A stretch of 64,000 bases of DNA from Burkholderiaceae bacterium (GCA_035429725.1 DAOMFI010000002.1:13324-77323); one strand, 5' to 3'; numbered from the stretch's first letter, positions 27,258 through 37,263 are shown. Program-made: numbers and translations. Notes: generated by a model from the letters alone, not told the origin.

Positions 27258-28475
27258 ATGGTCAAGCCGCGTCCTCTCGAGGGCGTCAAGGTCCTCGACT
27301 TTACCCACGGCGTCGCCGGGCCGTACTGCACGATGGTCCTGGCCGACCTGGGCTGCGACGTCATCAAGGTCGAGAAGCCTGCGCGCGGGGATCCCACGCG
27401 CTACATGAACGTCAGCGAGTCGCTGAGGGGTGACATTCCGCGGGTCGGCGGGGACTACTTTCTCGCGATCAACCGCAACAAGCGAGCGGTGACGGTGGAG
27501 ATGAAGTCGCCGGAGGGGCGGGACGTCTGCCGCGACCTGGCGCGCTGGGCCGATGTGGCGCTGCAGAGCTTCCGCCCCGGCGTGATGACAAAGCTGGGCC
27601 TCGACTATGCGGCGCTGCGCGCGGTCAATCCCGGGATCATCTATGGCAACCTGACCGCCTACGGTCGCTCCGGCCCACTCGCCGACAAGGCGGGGATGGA
27701 CGTGGCGGTACAGGCGCGGTCGGGCGTGATGCGGCTGACGGGCAAGGTAGGCGACACCGAACCCCTGCGCCCGGGCGTCTCGCTCGCCGATTTCGGCGGG
27801 GGCATCTACTTCGCGACCGCGGTGGTCACGGCACTGTTCGAGCGCGAGCGCACCGGCGAGGGACAGGAGATCGACATGTCCCTCCTGGACGCCACGATGA
27901 GCATGTTGAGCAACTACACGGTCGCCTGCTACGACGGCGGCGCCGAGCTGCAGCCGATGGGGTCGGGTCATCCGCAGCTCGTGCCCTACCAGGCCTTTCC
28001 GACCCGGGACGGGTACGTCGTTATCGGCGCCGGGACCAACAAGCTCTACCGGGACATGTGCGAGGCGATGGGCCTGGCGGAATTGCGCGACGACCCCCGG
28101 TTCGCCGGCAACCAGGACCGGGTTGCCCGTCGCGCCGAACTGATCCCGCATCTCAGCCGGGCGATGCAGACGCGTACCACCGCCGAGTGGCTCGACATCT
28201 TCGACCGGGCCGACGTGCCGGCGGCGCCTGTCAACACGATCTCCGAAGCGCTGCGCGAACCGCAGTTGGTGGCGAACGACATGATCCAGGCGGTCGAACA
28301 TCCGGCCGTGGGCACCATTCACGTCTCGGGCTCGGCGTTCCGGTTCCGCGGAACCGACACGAGCGTGCGCCGCCATCCGCCGATGCTCGGCGAGCACAAC
28401 CGCGAAGTGCTCGGCGACCTGCTCGGCTACGACGAGACACGCATCGCTCGCCTGCAGCGGGAGGGCGTCATTTGA
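27258..28475 (+). CDS. family III CoA-transferase (CaiB/BaiF)
   Basis: LEGVKVLDFTHGVAGPYCTMVLADLGCDVIKVEKP, AGMDVAVQARSGVMRLTG, SLADFGGG. Confidence 0.9.
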   Translation: MVKPRPLEGVKVLDFTHGVAGPYCTMVLADLGCDVIKVEKPARGDPTRYMNVSESLRGDIPRVGGDYFLAINRNKRAVTVEMKSPEGRDVCRDLARWADVALQSFRPGVMTKLGLDYAALRAVNPGIIYGNLTAYGRSGPLADKAGMDVAVQARSGVMRLTGKVGDTEPLRPGVSLADFGGGIYFATAVVTALFERERTGEGQEIDMSLLDATMSMLSNYTVACYDGGAELQPMGSGHPQLVPYQAFPTRDGYVVIGAGTNKLYRDMCEAMGLAELRDDPRFAGNQDRVARRAELIPHLSRAMQTRTTAEWLDIFDRADVPAAPVNTISEALREPQLVANDMIQAVEHPAVGTIHVSGSAFRFRGTDTSVRRHPPMLGEHNREVLGDLLGYDETRIARLQREGVI

Positions 28476-28516
28476 ACGCTCCACGCGAAAAGCCAACGGA
28501 GGGCGTGCGCACCGCG

Positions 28517-30580
28517 ATGGACCGGCTGTTCCGGCCGCGGTCGGTGGCACTGATCGGCGTGTCGGCCGACATGCACAAGCTGAACGGGCGGCCCTTCTGG
28601 CTGCTGCGTCAGCACAGGTTTCCCGGCCCGATCCATCTCGTGAACCCCAAGTACGACGAGATCGATGGCGTGCGCTGCCTGCGCCGCGTCGACGACATTC
28701 CGGGGCCGGTCGATGCGGCGCTGGTGATGGTGCCGGCGGCACAGGTGCCCGAGGCGATTCGCGCCTGCGGCCGGGTCGGCATTGCCAACGCGATCGTGTT
28801 GAGTTCGGGCTTCGAAGAGGCGCAAGGCAGCGAGGCGCTGGTCGAGGACCTGACGGCCGCCGCTCGCGAAGGCAACGTGCAGCTCGTAGGCCCCAATTGC
28901 GAAGGCATCTGGTCGGTCGCGGCCCGCACCGTGCTGACCTTCGGCTCCGCCGCCCGGCGCGAGACCCTCCATCACGCGCCCATCGGGGTCATCAGCCAGA
29001 GCGGCTCGATCGGCGGCGCGGTCGTGCGGCTGCTGCAGGACGCCGGTCACGGCTGCAGCTACTTCGTCAGCGTCGGCAACGAGACCCTGGTCGACGCGAT
29101 CGACTTCCTCGAGTGGATGGTCGAGCAGGAGGACGTGCGGGTCGTCCTGGTGTTCCTCGAGGGCCTCACCGAAGGACACCGGCTGTCGGCGGTCGCCGCG
29201 CGCGGGCGTGCGCGCGGGGTGCGGCTCGTCGCGCTGAAGTCGGGGACGTCGGCGGCAGGCCGCGCGGCGACGGCATCGCACACCGGGAAGATCGCGGCGC
29301 CGTTTGCCGTCTACCGCACCGTGCTGAAGCAGTGCGGCGTGATCCAGGTCGATTCGATCTCCGAACTGATCGAGGCCGCCGAGATACTGAGTACGCAGCC
29401 CGATCCGACGCGGGTCACGGGACCAGCGCCCGGCGTGGCCGTGTTCAGCATTCCGGGCGGCACGCGCGCATTGACGGCAGATGCCTGCGAGCGGCTGGGT
29501 GTTCCGCTAGCGCAGTTCGACGACGCCACTGTCGGGCAGCTGCAGCGCCGCTTGCCGACCTTCGGCTACGCGCGCAACCCGACCGACATCACCGGGCAGG
29601 TGCTGTCGAATCCGGAGCTTTTCTCGTCCTGCCTCGGGATCATCGCCGGTGACCCGAACGTCGAGGCTGTGATCGTGCAGTTCGCCAACGGCGGCCCGCA
29701 CGATGCCGTGCGCTGGCGTCCGATGATCAAGCAGGTGGCGGCCGACACCGGCAAGCCGCTGGTGATGAGCTTCATGGCGGACCAGATGCCGGCCACGGCG
29801 CGACAGGGGTTCGCGAAGGACGGGTTGATGATCGCGCGCGAACCGGTCGAGGCCGTGAAGTACCTCGGCTGGCTGTATCAGTCGCGTGCGAGCCGAGCGA
29901 TGCGCCGTGCGCCGGATTCCGCGCCGGTGGCGCGGGCCGCGCTGCCCCGTGCCGACGACATCGAGGGGTGGGAGCGTCAGCTCGCCACCGCGGGCATCCG
30001 GATGCCATCCTGGCGACGCGTGCGCGCCGACGACGATCCTGCGCTCGCCTGCGCGGGGCTTCGGTTCCCGATGGTTGCGAAGGCCATGCCATCGGCAGCG
30101 GATCACAAGACGGAAGCGGGCCTTATCCACCTCGGACTCCGGAATGGCGAGGCGCTGGTGGCCGCCGTGGCCGACCTGCGGCACAAGCTGCCGGCCGGGT
30201 CGACCGTGCTCGTGCAGGAGATGGTGCGGGGCGGCGTCGAAGCCGTGCTGGCAATGACACGCGATCCGGACTTCGGGCCGCTGCTCGCGATCGGTTCGGG
30301 CGGAGTGCTGGTCGAACTGCTGCACGACATGACCTTCCTTTCGCCCCCGGTCGACGCCGGCCAGGTGCACGAGGCCACCGGCCGCCTGAGCCTTGGCCGG
30401 TTGCTCGATGGGTTCCGCGGCGCTCCCAGGGCGGACCACCATGCGCTGTGCCGCGCCGCGCTGGGCCTGGTCGAGCTTTACCGCTCGGCCGACCCCGCGG
30501 TGACTGCGATCGAACTGAACCCTGTGTTCGTCATGCCGGAGGGCGAGGGCGTCGTTGCCGTCGACCTCCTCGTGCAATGA
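28517..30580 (+). CDS. ADP-forming acyl-CoA synthetase (CoA-binding plus succinyl-CoA-ligase-like plus ATP-grasp domains)
   Basis: LFRPRSVALIGVS..., phosphohistidine loop ATASHTGKIA, and a C-terminal ATP-grasp region. The ORF-track N-terminal extension overlaps the upstream gene out of frame. Confidence 0.85.
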   Translation: MDRLFRPRSVALIGVSADMHKLNGRPFWLLRQHRFPGPIHLVNPKYDEIDGVRCLRRVDDIPGPVDAALVMVPAAQVPEAIRACGRVGIANAIVLSSGFEEAQGSEALVEDLTAAAREGNVQLVGPNCEGIWSVAARTVLTFGSAARRETLHHAPIGVISQSGSIGGAVVRLLQDAGHGCSYFVSVGNETLVDAIDFLEWMVEQEDVRVVLVFLEGLTEGHRLSAVAARGRARGVRLVALKSGTSAAGRAATASHTGKIAAPFAVYRTVLKQCGVIQVDSISELIEAAEILSTQPDPTRVTGPAPGVAVFSIPGGTRALTADACERLGVPLAQFDDATVGQLQRRLPTFGYARNPTDITGQVLSNPELFSSCLGIIAGDPNVEAVIVQFANGGPHDAVRWRPMIKQVAADTGKPLVMSFMADQMPATARQGFAKDGLMIAREPVEAVKYLGWLYQSRASRAMRRAPDSAPVARAALPRADDIEGWERQLATAGIRMPSWRRVRADDDPALACAGLRFPMVAKAMPSAADHKTEAGLIHLGLRNGEALVAAVADLRHKLPAGSTVLVQEMVRGGVEAVLAMTRDPDFGPLLAIGSGGVLVELLHDMTFLSPPVDAGQVHEATGRLSLGRLLDGFRGAPRADHHALCRAALGLVELYRSADPAVTAIELNPVFVMPEGEGVVAVDLLVQ

Positions 30581-30626
30581 CGCCGACCCGGGGCCGGGCG
30601 TCGACGAGCCGAGCCACGGAGGTCCC

Positions 30627-32036
30627 ATGAGCCAGCATCGCGTCTTCACTGACCTCGCGGAGTTCGTCGTCGGCCTGGCAACCGCCGACGTGCCGGAGCT
30701 CGCGGTCCGGCGCGCGGTCGACGCGATGATCGACGGCCTCGGCTGCGCGCTCGCCGGCAGCCGCGAGCCACTTGCGCCGATGATCCGCAGGGCCATCACG
30801 CCGGTGCCGGAGTCGCATTCCGGCGCGGCGCCGCTGCTCGGTTCGACCGACTACGCGGCGCCGGCGGACGCCGCGCTCTACAACGGCACGCTGTCGCATG
30901 CGATCGACTTCGACGACATCACGCATCCGGCGTACGCGCACCCGACGGCGGTGCTGCTTCCAACGATCCTTTCGCTTGCGCGGCTCGGCGGCAGCAGCGG
31001 CATGGACGCGGTGCTCGCGTACGTGATCGGGCTCGAGGTGTTCGGCCGCCTCGGCCGGGCGCTGAACACGCACCATTACCGCTCCGGCTGGCATGCGACG
31101 TCGACCTTCGGCTCGATCGCCGCGGCCGCGGCCGGTGCGCGGCTGCTGAAGCTCGATATCGATCGCACGCGCCACGCGCTGGCGATCGGCGGCTCCGCCT
31201 CGTCGGGTCTGCGCGCGAACTTCGGCACCATGACCAAGCCGCTGCACGCCGGGTACGCCGCCCGCAACGGCGTGCTCGCTGCGCAACTCGCTGCTGAAGG
31301 CTTCACCGCGACCGAAGACATCCTCACTGCCGACTTCGGCTTCGCCAAGACTTTCAATCAGAACGGCGAACACATCCGGTGGGGCGAACTGCGCCGCTGG
31401 GGCGACGAACTGGAGATCCTCAGCGAGTTCGGCCTCGCGCTGAAGCCGTATCCATCGTGCGGCGCGACCCATCCATCGATCGAGGCGGCGATCCTGCTGC
31501 ATCGGGACATCGGCGGGCGCTACCGTGAGGTCGCTGCGGTCGACGTCGGCGTCCCGGACATGGCGTTCCAGCCGCTGATATACCCGAATCCGGCCTCGCC
31601 GCTGCAGGGCAAGTTCAGCATGCAGTACGTGGTCGCCGCCGCGCTCAAGGACGGCGACGTCAACCTGCAGACGTTCACGGAGGAGCGGCTGGCAGATCCG
31701 GATACACGTGCGCTGATGGCGAAGGTCAACATGCAGGTCGATGATCGAGTGCAGGGGAACAGCGAGTTCGGCTGCGTCGTCGAGCTGCGGCTGGCGGACG
31801 GCGGCCGGTTCACGCGAGAGGTGCCGCTCGCGATCGGCAAGCCGAGCCGCTGGTTCCCGCGCGAACAGCTGCACCAGAAGTTCCTGAGCTGCGTCGACGG
31901 CATCGTCGACGGCGGCCGCGCCGAAGCGCTGTTCGGCGAATGGCTGGCGTTGCCGGAGGCGGAGCGGCTGGACGACCTCATCCACCGGCTGGCCGTTCCA
32001 TCGGCGCCGCGGGCGGCCTGGAACCCACAACATTGA
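30627..32036 (+). CDS. MmgE/PrpD-family protein (paralog 3)
   Basis: 469 aa from ATG 30627 (GGAGG RBS). LAEFVVGLATADVPELAVRRAVDAMIDGLGCA, HAIDFDDITH, KPYPSCGATH. Confidence 0.9.
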   Translation: MSQHRVFTDLAEFVVGLATADVPELAVRRAVDAMIDGLGCALAGSREPLAPMIRRAITPVPESHSGAAPLLGSTDYAAPADAALYNGTLSHAIDFDDITHPAYAHPTAVLLPTILSLARLGGSSGMDAVLAYVIGLEVFGRLGRALNTHHYRSGWHATSTFGSIAAAAAGARLLKLDIDRTRHALAIGGSASSGLRANFGTMTKPLHAGYAARNGVLAAQLAAEGFTATEDILTADFGFAKTFNQNGEHIRWGELRRWGDELEILSEFGLALKPYPSCGATHPSIEAAILLHRDIGGRYREVAAVDVGVPDMAFQPLIYPNPASPLQGKFSMQYVVAAALKDGDVNLQTFTEERLADPDTRALMAKVNMQVDDRVQGNSEFGCVVELRLADGGRFTREVPLAIGKPSRWFPREQLHQKFLSCVDGIVDGGRAEALFGEWLALPEAERLDDLIHRLAVPSAPRAAWNPQH

Positions 32037-32048
32037 CGTAGGAGCCCC

Positions 32049-33212
32049 GTGGCTTCGATGCTCTTCTCCCCGCTAAGACTGCGCGACCTGGTGCTCCCGA
32101 ACCGGATCATGGTGTCGCCCATGGGCCAGTACTCTTCGAAGGACGGATCGGCCAGCGAGTGGCACTTGATGCACTACGGGACGATGTCCGTGTCCGGTGC
32201 CGGCCTGGTGATGATCGAGGCCTCGGCGATCAATCCCGACGGGCGCCTGAGCCCCAGCGACATGGGGTTGTGGTCCGATGACAACGAGGCGGCGCTCAGG
32301 CGCGTCGTCGAGTTCTGCCGGCAGCACGGCGGCGCCCACCTTGGCATCCAGCTGTGGCACAGCGGACGCAAGGGGTCGGTGCGCGTGGCGTGGGAACACC
32401 AGGCGCGGATACCGGTCGAGGAGGGCGGCTGGGTCCCGCTCGGTGCCTCGCCGATCCCGTATCCCAAGCGCACCGAGCCGCGGCCGCTCGACGAGGACGA
32501 CATGGACCAGCAGATCCGCGATTACGTCGCCGCGGCCCGGCGTGCGGATCGGCTCGGGCTCGACGTGCTGGAACTGCACAGCGCCCACGGCTACCTGCTG
32601 CATAACTTCCTGTCGCCGCTCACGAACCAGCGCACCGACCGCTACGGCGGCAGCCTCGAGAACCGAATGCGCTTTCCGCTCGATGTCTTCAAGGCGATCC
32701 GCGACGCCTGGCCGGTTCACAAACCGCTCGGCGTCCGCATCTCTTCGGTCGATTTCGTGGAGGGCGGCTGGGCGATCGAGGACAGCATCACCTACGTGCG
32801 GGAACTGCAGAAGCTCGGCTGCGACTACGTGACAGCCTCCGGCGGCGGGTCCGTGCCGGAACAGCAGATCAAGGTGGGACCGGGCTATCAGGTGCCATAT
32901 GCCGAGCAGATCCGTCGCGCAACCGGCATGGTCACGGTGGCCGTGGGCTTGATCACTGAGCCGAGGCAGGCCGAAGACATCCTTCAGTCCGGGCGGGCCG
33001 ACATGGTCGCCCTGGGTCGCCGCATGCTCTACAACCCGCGCTGGCCTTGGCATGCGGCGGCGGAGCTCGGGGAGGAATTCTTCTACCCGAAGCAGTACGA
33101 GAGATCGCACCCGTCGATGCTGGGCGGGGATTTCCTGCGGCCGTCCCGCGTGGCGCAGGGATGGATGACGGGATCGAACGAGGCGAGGAGTGAAAGCAAT
33201 GAGCGAGCTTGA
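32049..33212 (+). CDS. NADH:flavin oxidoreductase (Old Yellow Enzyme family)
   Basis: LRLRDLVLPNRIMVSPMGQYSS, HSAHGYLLHNFLSPLTNQRTDRYGGSLENRMRF, and GRADMVALGRRMLYNPRWP. Confidence 0.9.
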   Translation: MASMLFSPLRLRDLVLPNRIMVSPMGQYSSKDGSASEWHLMHYGTMSVSGAGLVMIEASAINPDGRLSPSDMGLWSDDNEAALRRVVEFCRQHGGAHLGIQLWHSGRKGSVRVAWEHQARIPVEEGGWVPLGASPIPYPKRTEPRPLDEDDMDQQIRDYVAAARRADRLGLDVLELHSAHGYLLHNFLSPLTNQRTDRYGGSLENRMRFPLDVFKAIRDAWPVHKPLGVRISSVDFVEGGWAIEDSITYVRELQKLGCDYVTASGGGSVPEQQIKVGPGYQVPYAEQIRRATGMVTVAVGLITEPRQAEDILQSGRADMVALGRRMLYNPRWPWHAAAELGEEFFYPKQYERSHPSMLGGDFLRPSRVAQGWMTGSNEARSESNERA

Positions 33213-33993
33213 GTACCAGGACCTTCTCTACGATGAAACGGGCGGCGTGGCGACCATCACGTTCAACCGGCCGGACAAGCTCAACGCGTTCCGGATGCGC
33301 ACCTACGAGGAAGTCACCGACGCGCTGAACCGGGCGGGCTGGAACAAGGCGGTGGGCGTGATCGTGCTCACCGGCGCCGGTCGCGCGTTCGGCGTCGGTG
33401 GCGATGCCAGCGACAAGAAGTCCGAGCGCCAGGGGCGCGGCGTGATCGGCGTTCCGATCGAGGAACTGCACGCCGCGATCCGCGATGTGCCGAAACCGGT
33501 GATCGCGAAAGTGCGCGGCTATGCCATTGGCGGGGGCAACGTTCTCGCCACGATGTGCGACCTGACGATCGCGGCGGAGTCGGCCCAGTTCGGCCAGGTC
33601 GGGCCGAAGGTCGGGTCGGTCGACCCGGGGTTCGGCACCGCGTTCCTGGCGCGCATCGTCGGCGAGAAGCGCGCGCGCGAGTTCTGGTACCTGTGCCGCC
33701 GCTACACCGCGGCCGAGGCGCACGCGATGGGCCTGGTGAACAAGGTCGTCCCTGACGACCAGCTCGACGCCGAAGTCCAGCGCTGGTGCGACGACATCCT
33801 GCAATGCAGCCCGACCGCGCTGGCGCTCGCCAAACGGTCGTTCAACGCCGACTCCGAGAACATCCGCGGCATCGCTCAGATGGGCTTCCAGGCGCTCGCC
33901 CTGTACTACGGCACCGAGGAATCGAAAGAAGGCGGCAACGCGTTCCGCGAGAAGCGCAAGCCGCGGTTCCGCGAAATCAACAACGGATCGTGA
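33190..33993 (+). CDS. MenB/BadI-subfamily crotonase (2-ketocyclohexanecarboxyl-CoA hydrolase-like)
   Basis: GAGRAFGVGGD, GYAIGGGNVLATMCDLTIAAESAQFGQVGPKVGSVDPGFGTAFLARIVGEKRAREFWYLCRRY, and FREKRKPRF. GSVDPGxGTA is the BadI-type variant as I recall it. Confidence 0.8.
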   Translation: MKAMSELEYQDLLYDETGGVATITFNRPDKLNAFRMRTYEEVTDALNRAGWNKAVGVIVLTGAGRAFGVGGDASDKKSERQGRGVIGVPIEELHAAIRDVPKPVIAKVRGYAIGGGNVLATMCDLTIAAESAQFGQVGPKVGSVDPGFGTAFLARIVGEKRAREFWYLCRRYTAAEAHAMGLVNKVVPDDQLDAEVQRWCDDILQCSPTALALAKRSFNADSENIRGIAQMGFQALALYYGTEESKEGGNAFREKRKPRFREINNGS

Positions 33994-34053
33994 ACTCGGG
34001 CGGCAGCGCCGCGAACATCACCCGACAGCGGTTCATCGGCAACGAAGGAAGAC

Positions 34054-35217
34054 ATGTCCCAGTTCCAGCTGAACAGCGAGCAGATACTGATTCAAGACGC
34101 GATCCGGCGGATGGTGGAGCGCGACATCGCGCCGATCCTGAAGGCGCGCGACCCGGACAAGCCGTTGCCGAAGGAGGACATGCTGCGCATCCTGCAGGTC
34201 TGCGCCGCGCAGGGCCTGACCTGCGCGCGCGTGCCGGAAAGCGCCGGCGGCGCCGGCCTGCCGACTCTGGTCTACGGACTGATGGTCGAGGAGCTGCCGG
34301 CGGTGGTCACCCTCGCGACCATGGGGCAGGAAGTCACGGCCACACGCATCCACTACGACAGCACGCCCGAGCAGCGCGAGCGCTTCCTGCCGGACATCAT
34401 GGCGGGGCGACGCATCACCTGCACCGGTACCACCGAACCCGATGTGGGCTCCGACCCACGCGGGGTCAAGACGCGCCTGGAAGACGACGGCCCCGATCAC
34501 TACCGCCTGACGGGGCGCAAGATGTGGATCACGAATGCCAGCATCTGCGACCTGATCAACGTCACGGCGGCTTTCGGCAAGGACGCCCACGGCCGCGGCA
34601 AGACGACGCGCATCATCGTCGAGCGCGACGAATCGCCGTTCGAGGCCCGGGAGATTCCGACGCTGGGACTGCGGCAGGGCCACCTCGGCGAGGTCGCGTT
34701 CGACAACTGCAGGGTCCCGAAGCGCAACGCGCTGGGCGCACCGGGTGACGCCGCCCGCGTGCTGAACCTCACCTGGCTAGCCAACCGCCCGATCCTCGGC
34801 CTGTGCGCGGTTCACCTCGCGAAGCGCGCCCTCGACGCCGCCCTACGGTATGCCGGTGAACGCCAGCAGTTCGGCAAGCCGATCGCCGCGTTCCAGCTGG
34901 TCCAGGAGATGCTCGCCGACATTTCGGCGGCGGTCACCACCAGCCGCCTGCTCTGCTATCACGCGCTGTCGGCCATCGACGCCGGCGAAGAGGCGAACCA
35001 CCTGTCCGCGATGTCCAAGCGGTACTCGCTCACCGCCTGCCTGCGGGCGATCTCGCTCGCGATGGAGGTGCACGGGGCGATGGGCATCAGCCGCGAAGTC
35101 GGCCTCGAGGAACTGTTCCGGGATGCGCGGATGCTGCCGATCCCCGACGGCACCCATCAGATCATGACCCTGATCGAGGGCCGCGAGCTGACCGGCATCC
35201 AGGCGTATCGCCCCTAG
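34054..35217 (+). CDS. acyl-CoA dehydrogenase
   Basis: 387 aa. GTTEPDVGSDPRG, KMWITNAS, VHGAMGISREVGLEELFRDARMLPIPDGTHQIM. Confidence 0.9.
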   Translation: MSQFQLNSEQILIQDAIRRMVERDIAPILKARDPDKPLPKEDMLRILQVCAAQGLTCARVPESAGGAGLPTLVYGLMVEELPAVVTLATMGQEVTATRIHYDSTPEQRERFLPDIMAGRRITCTGTTEPDVGSDPRGVKTRLEDDGPDHYRLTGRKMWITNASICDLINVTAAFGKDAHGRGKTTRIIVERDESPFEAREIPTLGLRQGHLGEVAFDNCRVPKRNALGAPGDAARVLNLTWLANRPILGLCAVHLAKRALDAALRYAGERQQFGKPIAAFQLVQEMLADISAAVTTSRLLCYHALSAIDAGEEANHLSAMSKRYSLTACLRAISLAMEVHGAMGISREVGLEELFRDARMLPIPDGTHQIMTLIEGRELTGIQAYRP

Positions 35218-35229
35218 CTGCAGGAGCGC

Positions 35230-37263
35230 GTGTCCAGCGACCTCGCCCGCGCACTGACCGGCGTGACTGTCCTGGAACGGGACGGGCGGCTTGCCGTCGG
35301 TCTGTGCGGGCAGCTGCTGCGCGGACTCGGCGCCACCGTCGTGCGCTGGGAGCGGGACGAGCCCACGTTCCCGGACCTGACGGCGGCCGCGCGTGCGCAC
35401 GCTGTGCGCGCGGTGCGAAACGGGAAGGCCTGCCGCCGGCAGGCCGATGCACAGGCGACGTGGGAGGCGCTGCTCACGAGCGCCGACGTCGTTCTGATCG
35501 AACCGGACCGCGCGGACGAGCCCGCGGCGCTGACGCGGGTCGCGCGGATCGTCTGTTCGATCTCCGCCCACGGACTCGATGCCGGCGGCCCGCTGGCGGC
35601 GAGCGAGGTCGAGCTTCAGGCGCAGGCGGGGCTGATGGCCGCGACCGGCGCGGTGGGCGGACCGCCGGAGGCGATCGCGATTCCTGTCGTCGAGATGGTC
35701 ACGGCGATCAATGCGGCCACGGCTGTCCTTGCCGCCCTGCGCGCCGGCGGAGAGGCGCCGCAGCTGCTCGACATTGCGCTGTTCGACAGCTCGTTGGCGC
35801 TGTTCACGACCTTCGTCGGTACCGTGCACGTGGGCAAGGGGAGGGGCTACCGGCTCGGCGCGGCCCATCACCTGTGCGCGCCGTGGAACGTCTACCGAAC
35901 CGGCGACGGCTGGTTGCAACTGTGCTCGGCGAACGACGACGAGTGGCGCAAGGTGCTCGAGGTGATCGGACGGAGCGACCTGCAGGCCGAGCCACGCTAC
36001 GGCAGCGGCGGCGCGCGCGTGACTCACGTACAGGAAGTGGACGGCCTAGTTTCCGGGTGGACGGCAAGTCGCACCTCCGAGGAAGCGGTGGCGGCCTTCC
36101 AGGCCGCCGGCGTGCCCGTTGGGCGGGTTCGGCGCATTCCCGACCTGCTCGCGACCCGGGCGCGGCAAGGTGCGCGCACCGAGCCGACCTGCGGGATCGA
36201 CGCCTTCCTGAAGTTCGAAGCCAGCCAAGCGCCGGCCGCCGCCGTCGCTCGGCGCACGCCGAGTTCGTCGTCTTCGGCCGCTTCGCCGCTCGCCGGCGTG
36301 CGCGTGCTGGAGATCGGCCCGTACACCGCGGGGCCCCTGGCGGGGCGCTACCTCGCCGAGCTCGGGGCGGAGGTCATCAAGATCGAGCCGGCGAGCGGGG
36401 AGGTGTCGCGGCAGTGGGAGCCGAAAGGCGGGCCGTGGAGCGTGTTCTTCGTGAACGCCAACCTCGGCAAGAAGTTTCTCTCGCTGGATCTTCGCGCCGA
36501 GGCCGACCGCGAGTGCTTCCTGCAGCTCGCGGCGACCACCGACGTCGTGCTCACCAACCTGAAGCCCGGCGCGCTCGACCGTCTGGGCGTCGGCCCGGCG
36601 CAGTTGCTTTCGCGTTTTCCCCGGCTCTTGTTCTGCTCGATTTCCGGTTTCGGGTCGACGGGCGATGCGCGGCCGGCGCTCGACACGGTGGTCCAGGCCG
36701 AGGCGGGCGTCATGTCGCTCGTCGGCGACGGCACGCAGCCGCTGCGCATCGGCGTGTCGATCGCGGACCAGGGCGCGGCACACGCCGCGCCGCTCGCCAT
36801 CCTGGCCGCGCTCGCGCGGCGCGAGCGCGAAGGAGCCGGCGGCGCGCTCGACCTCTCGATGTTCGACGTGACCGCCTGGCTGACTGAACTCAGCTGGCCG
36901 TCCGGCGCGCCGGCCGTACGTCCGTGGACCCGGGTCGAGGCGAGCGACGGCTGGGTCATGGTGGACGCGGCCGGCGCGGAACTGCAGATGGAGGTGGCGC
37001 GCGGCGCCGACCGCCTCCGACTGGCGGAAGCATTCATGGGCCGCGGACGGCGGGCGGTGCCCGTCCTCGAGATGGACGAAGTCTTCCGGCATCCGACGGT
37101 GCAGCGGCGCTCGCTCGTGCGCCTGGTCGGCGCCGCGGGCGAAGCGGTGCCGGTGCTGCGGGCGCCACAGCGCCTGTCGACCGACGCGGCCGACGATCGC
37201 CGTGCCTGCGCCGCGCCCGACGCGGACCGTTCCGCTCTGCTCGGCAATACGGGGCCGAACTAA
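35230..37263 (+). CDS. tandem-fused family III CoA-transferase (two CaiB-like halves in one chain)
   Basis: 677 aa. The N-terminal half has LTGVTVLE...GATVVRWE...AASEVELQAQAGLM...PVVEMVTA. The C-terminal half has LAGVRVLEIGPYTAGPLAGRYLAELGAEVIKIEP...PALDTVVQAEAGVM...SIADQGAA. Confidence 0.8.
   Translation: MSSDLARALTGVTVLERDGRLAVGLCGQLLRGLGATVVRWERDEPTFPDLTAAARAHAVRAVRNGKACRRQADAQATWEALLTSADVVLIEPDRADEPAALTRVARIVCSISAHGLDAGGPLAASEVELQAQAGLMAATGAVGGPPEAIAIPVVEMVTAINAATAVLAALRAGGEAPQLLDIALFDSSLALFTTFVGTVHVGKGRGYRLGAAHHLCAPWNVYRTGDGWLQLCSANDDEWRKVLEVIGRSDLQAEPRYGSGGARVTHVQEVDGLVSGWTASRTSEEAVAAFQAAGVPVGRVRRIPDLLATRARQGARTEPTCGIDAFLKFEASQAPAAAVARRTPSSSSSAASPLAGVRVLEIGPYTAGPLAGRYLAELGAEVIKIEPASGEVSRQWEPKGGPWSVFFVNANLGKKFLSLDLRAEADRECFLQLAATTDVVLTNLKPGALDRLGVGPAQLLSRFPRLLFCSISGFGSTGDARPALDTVVQAEAGVMSLVGDGTQPLRIGVSIADQGAAHAAPLAILAALARREREGAGGALDLSMFDVTAWLTELSWPSGAPAVRPWTRVEASDGWVMVDAAGAELQMEVARGADRLRLAEAFMGRGRRAVPVLEMDEVFRHPTVQRRSLVRLVGAAGEAVPVLRAPQRLSTDAADDRRACAAPDADRSALLGNTGPN

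Noticed and set aside
25893-28742. 949-aa ORF on the minus strand
   Set aside because: It is antisense to the hydratase and CoA-transferase genes, which have clear family motifs. Its translation is Arg/Ala/Gly/Pro-rich low-complexity sequence, typical of antisense frames in high-GC DNA.
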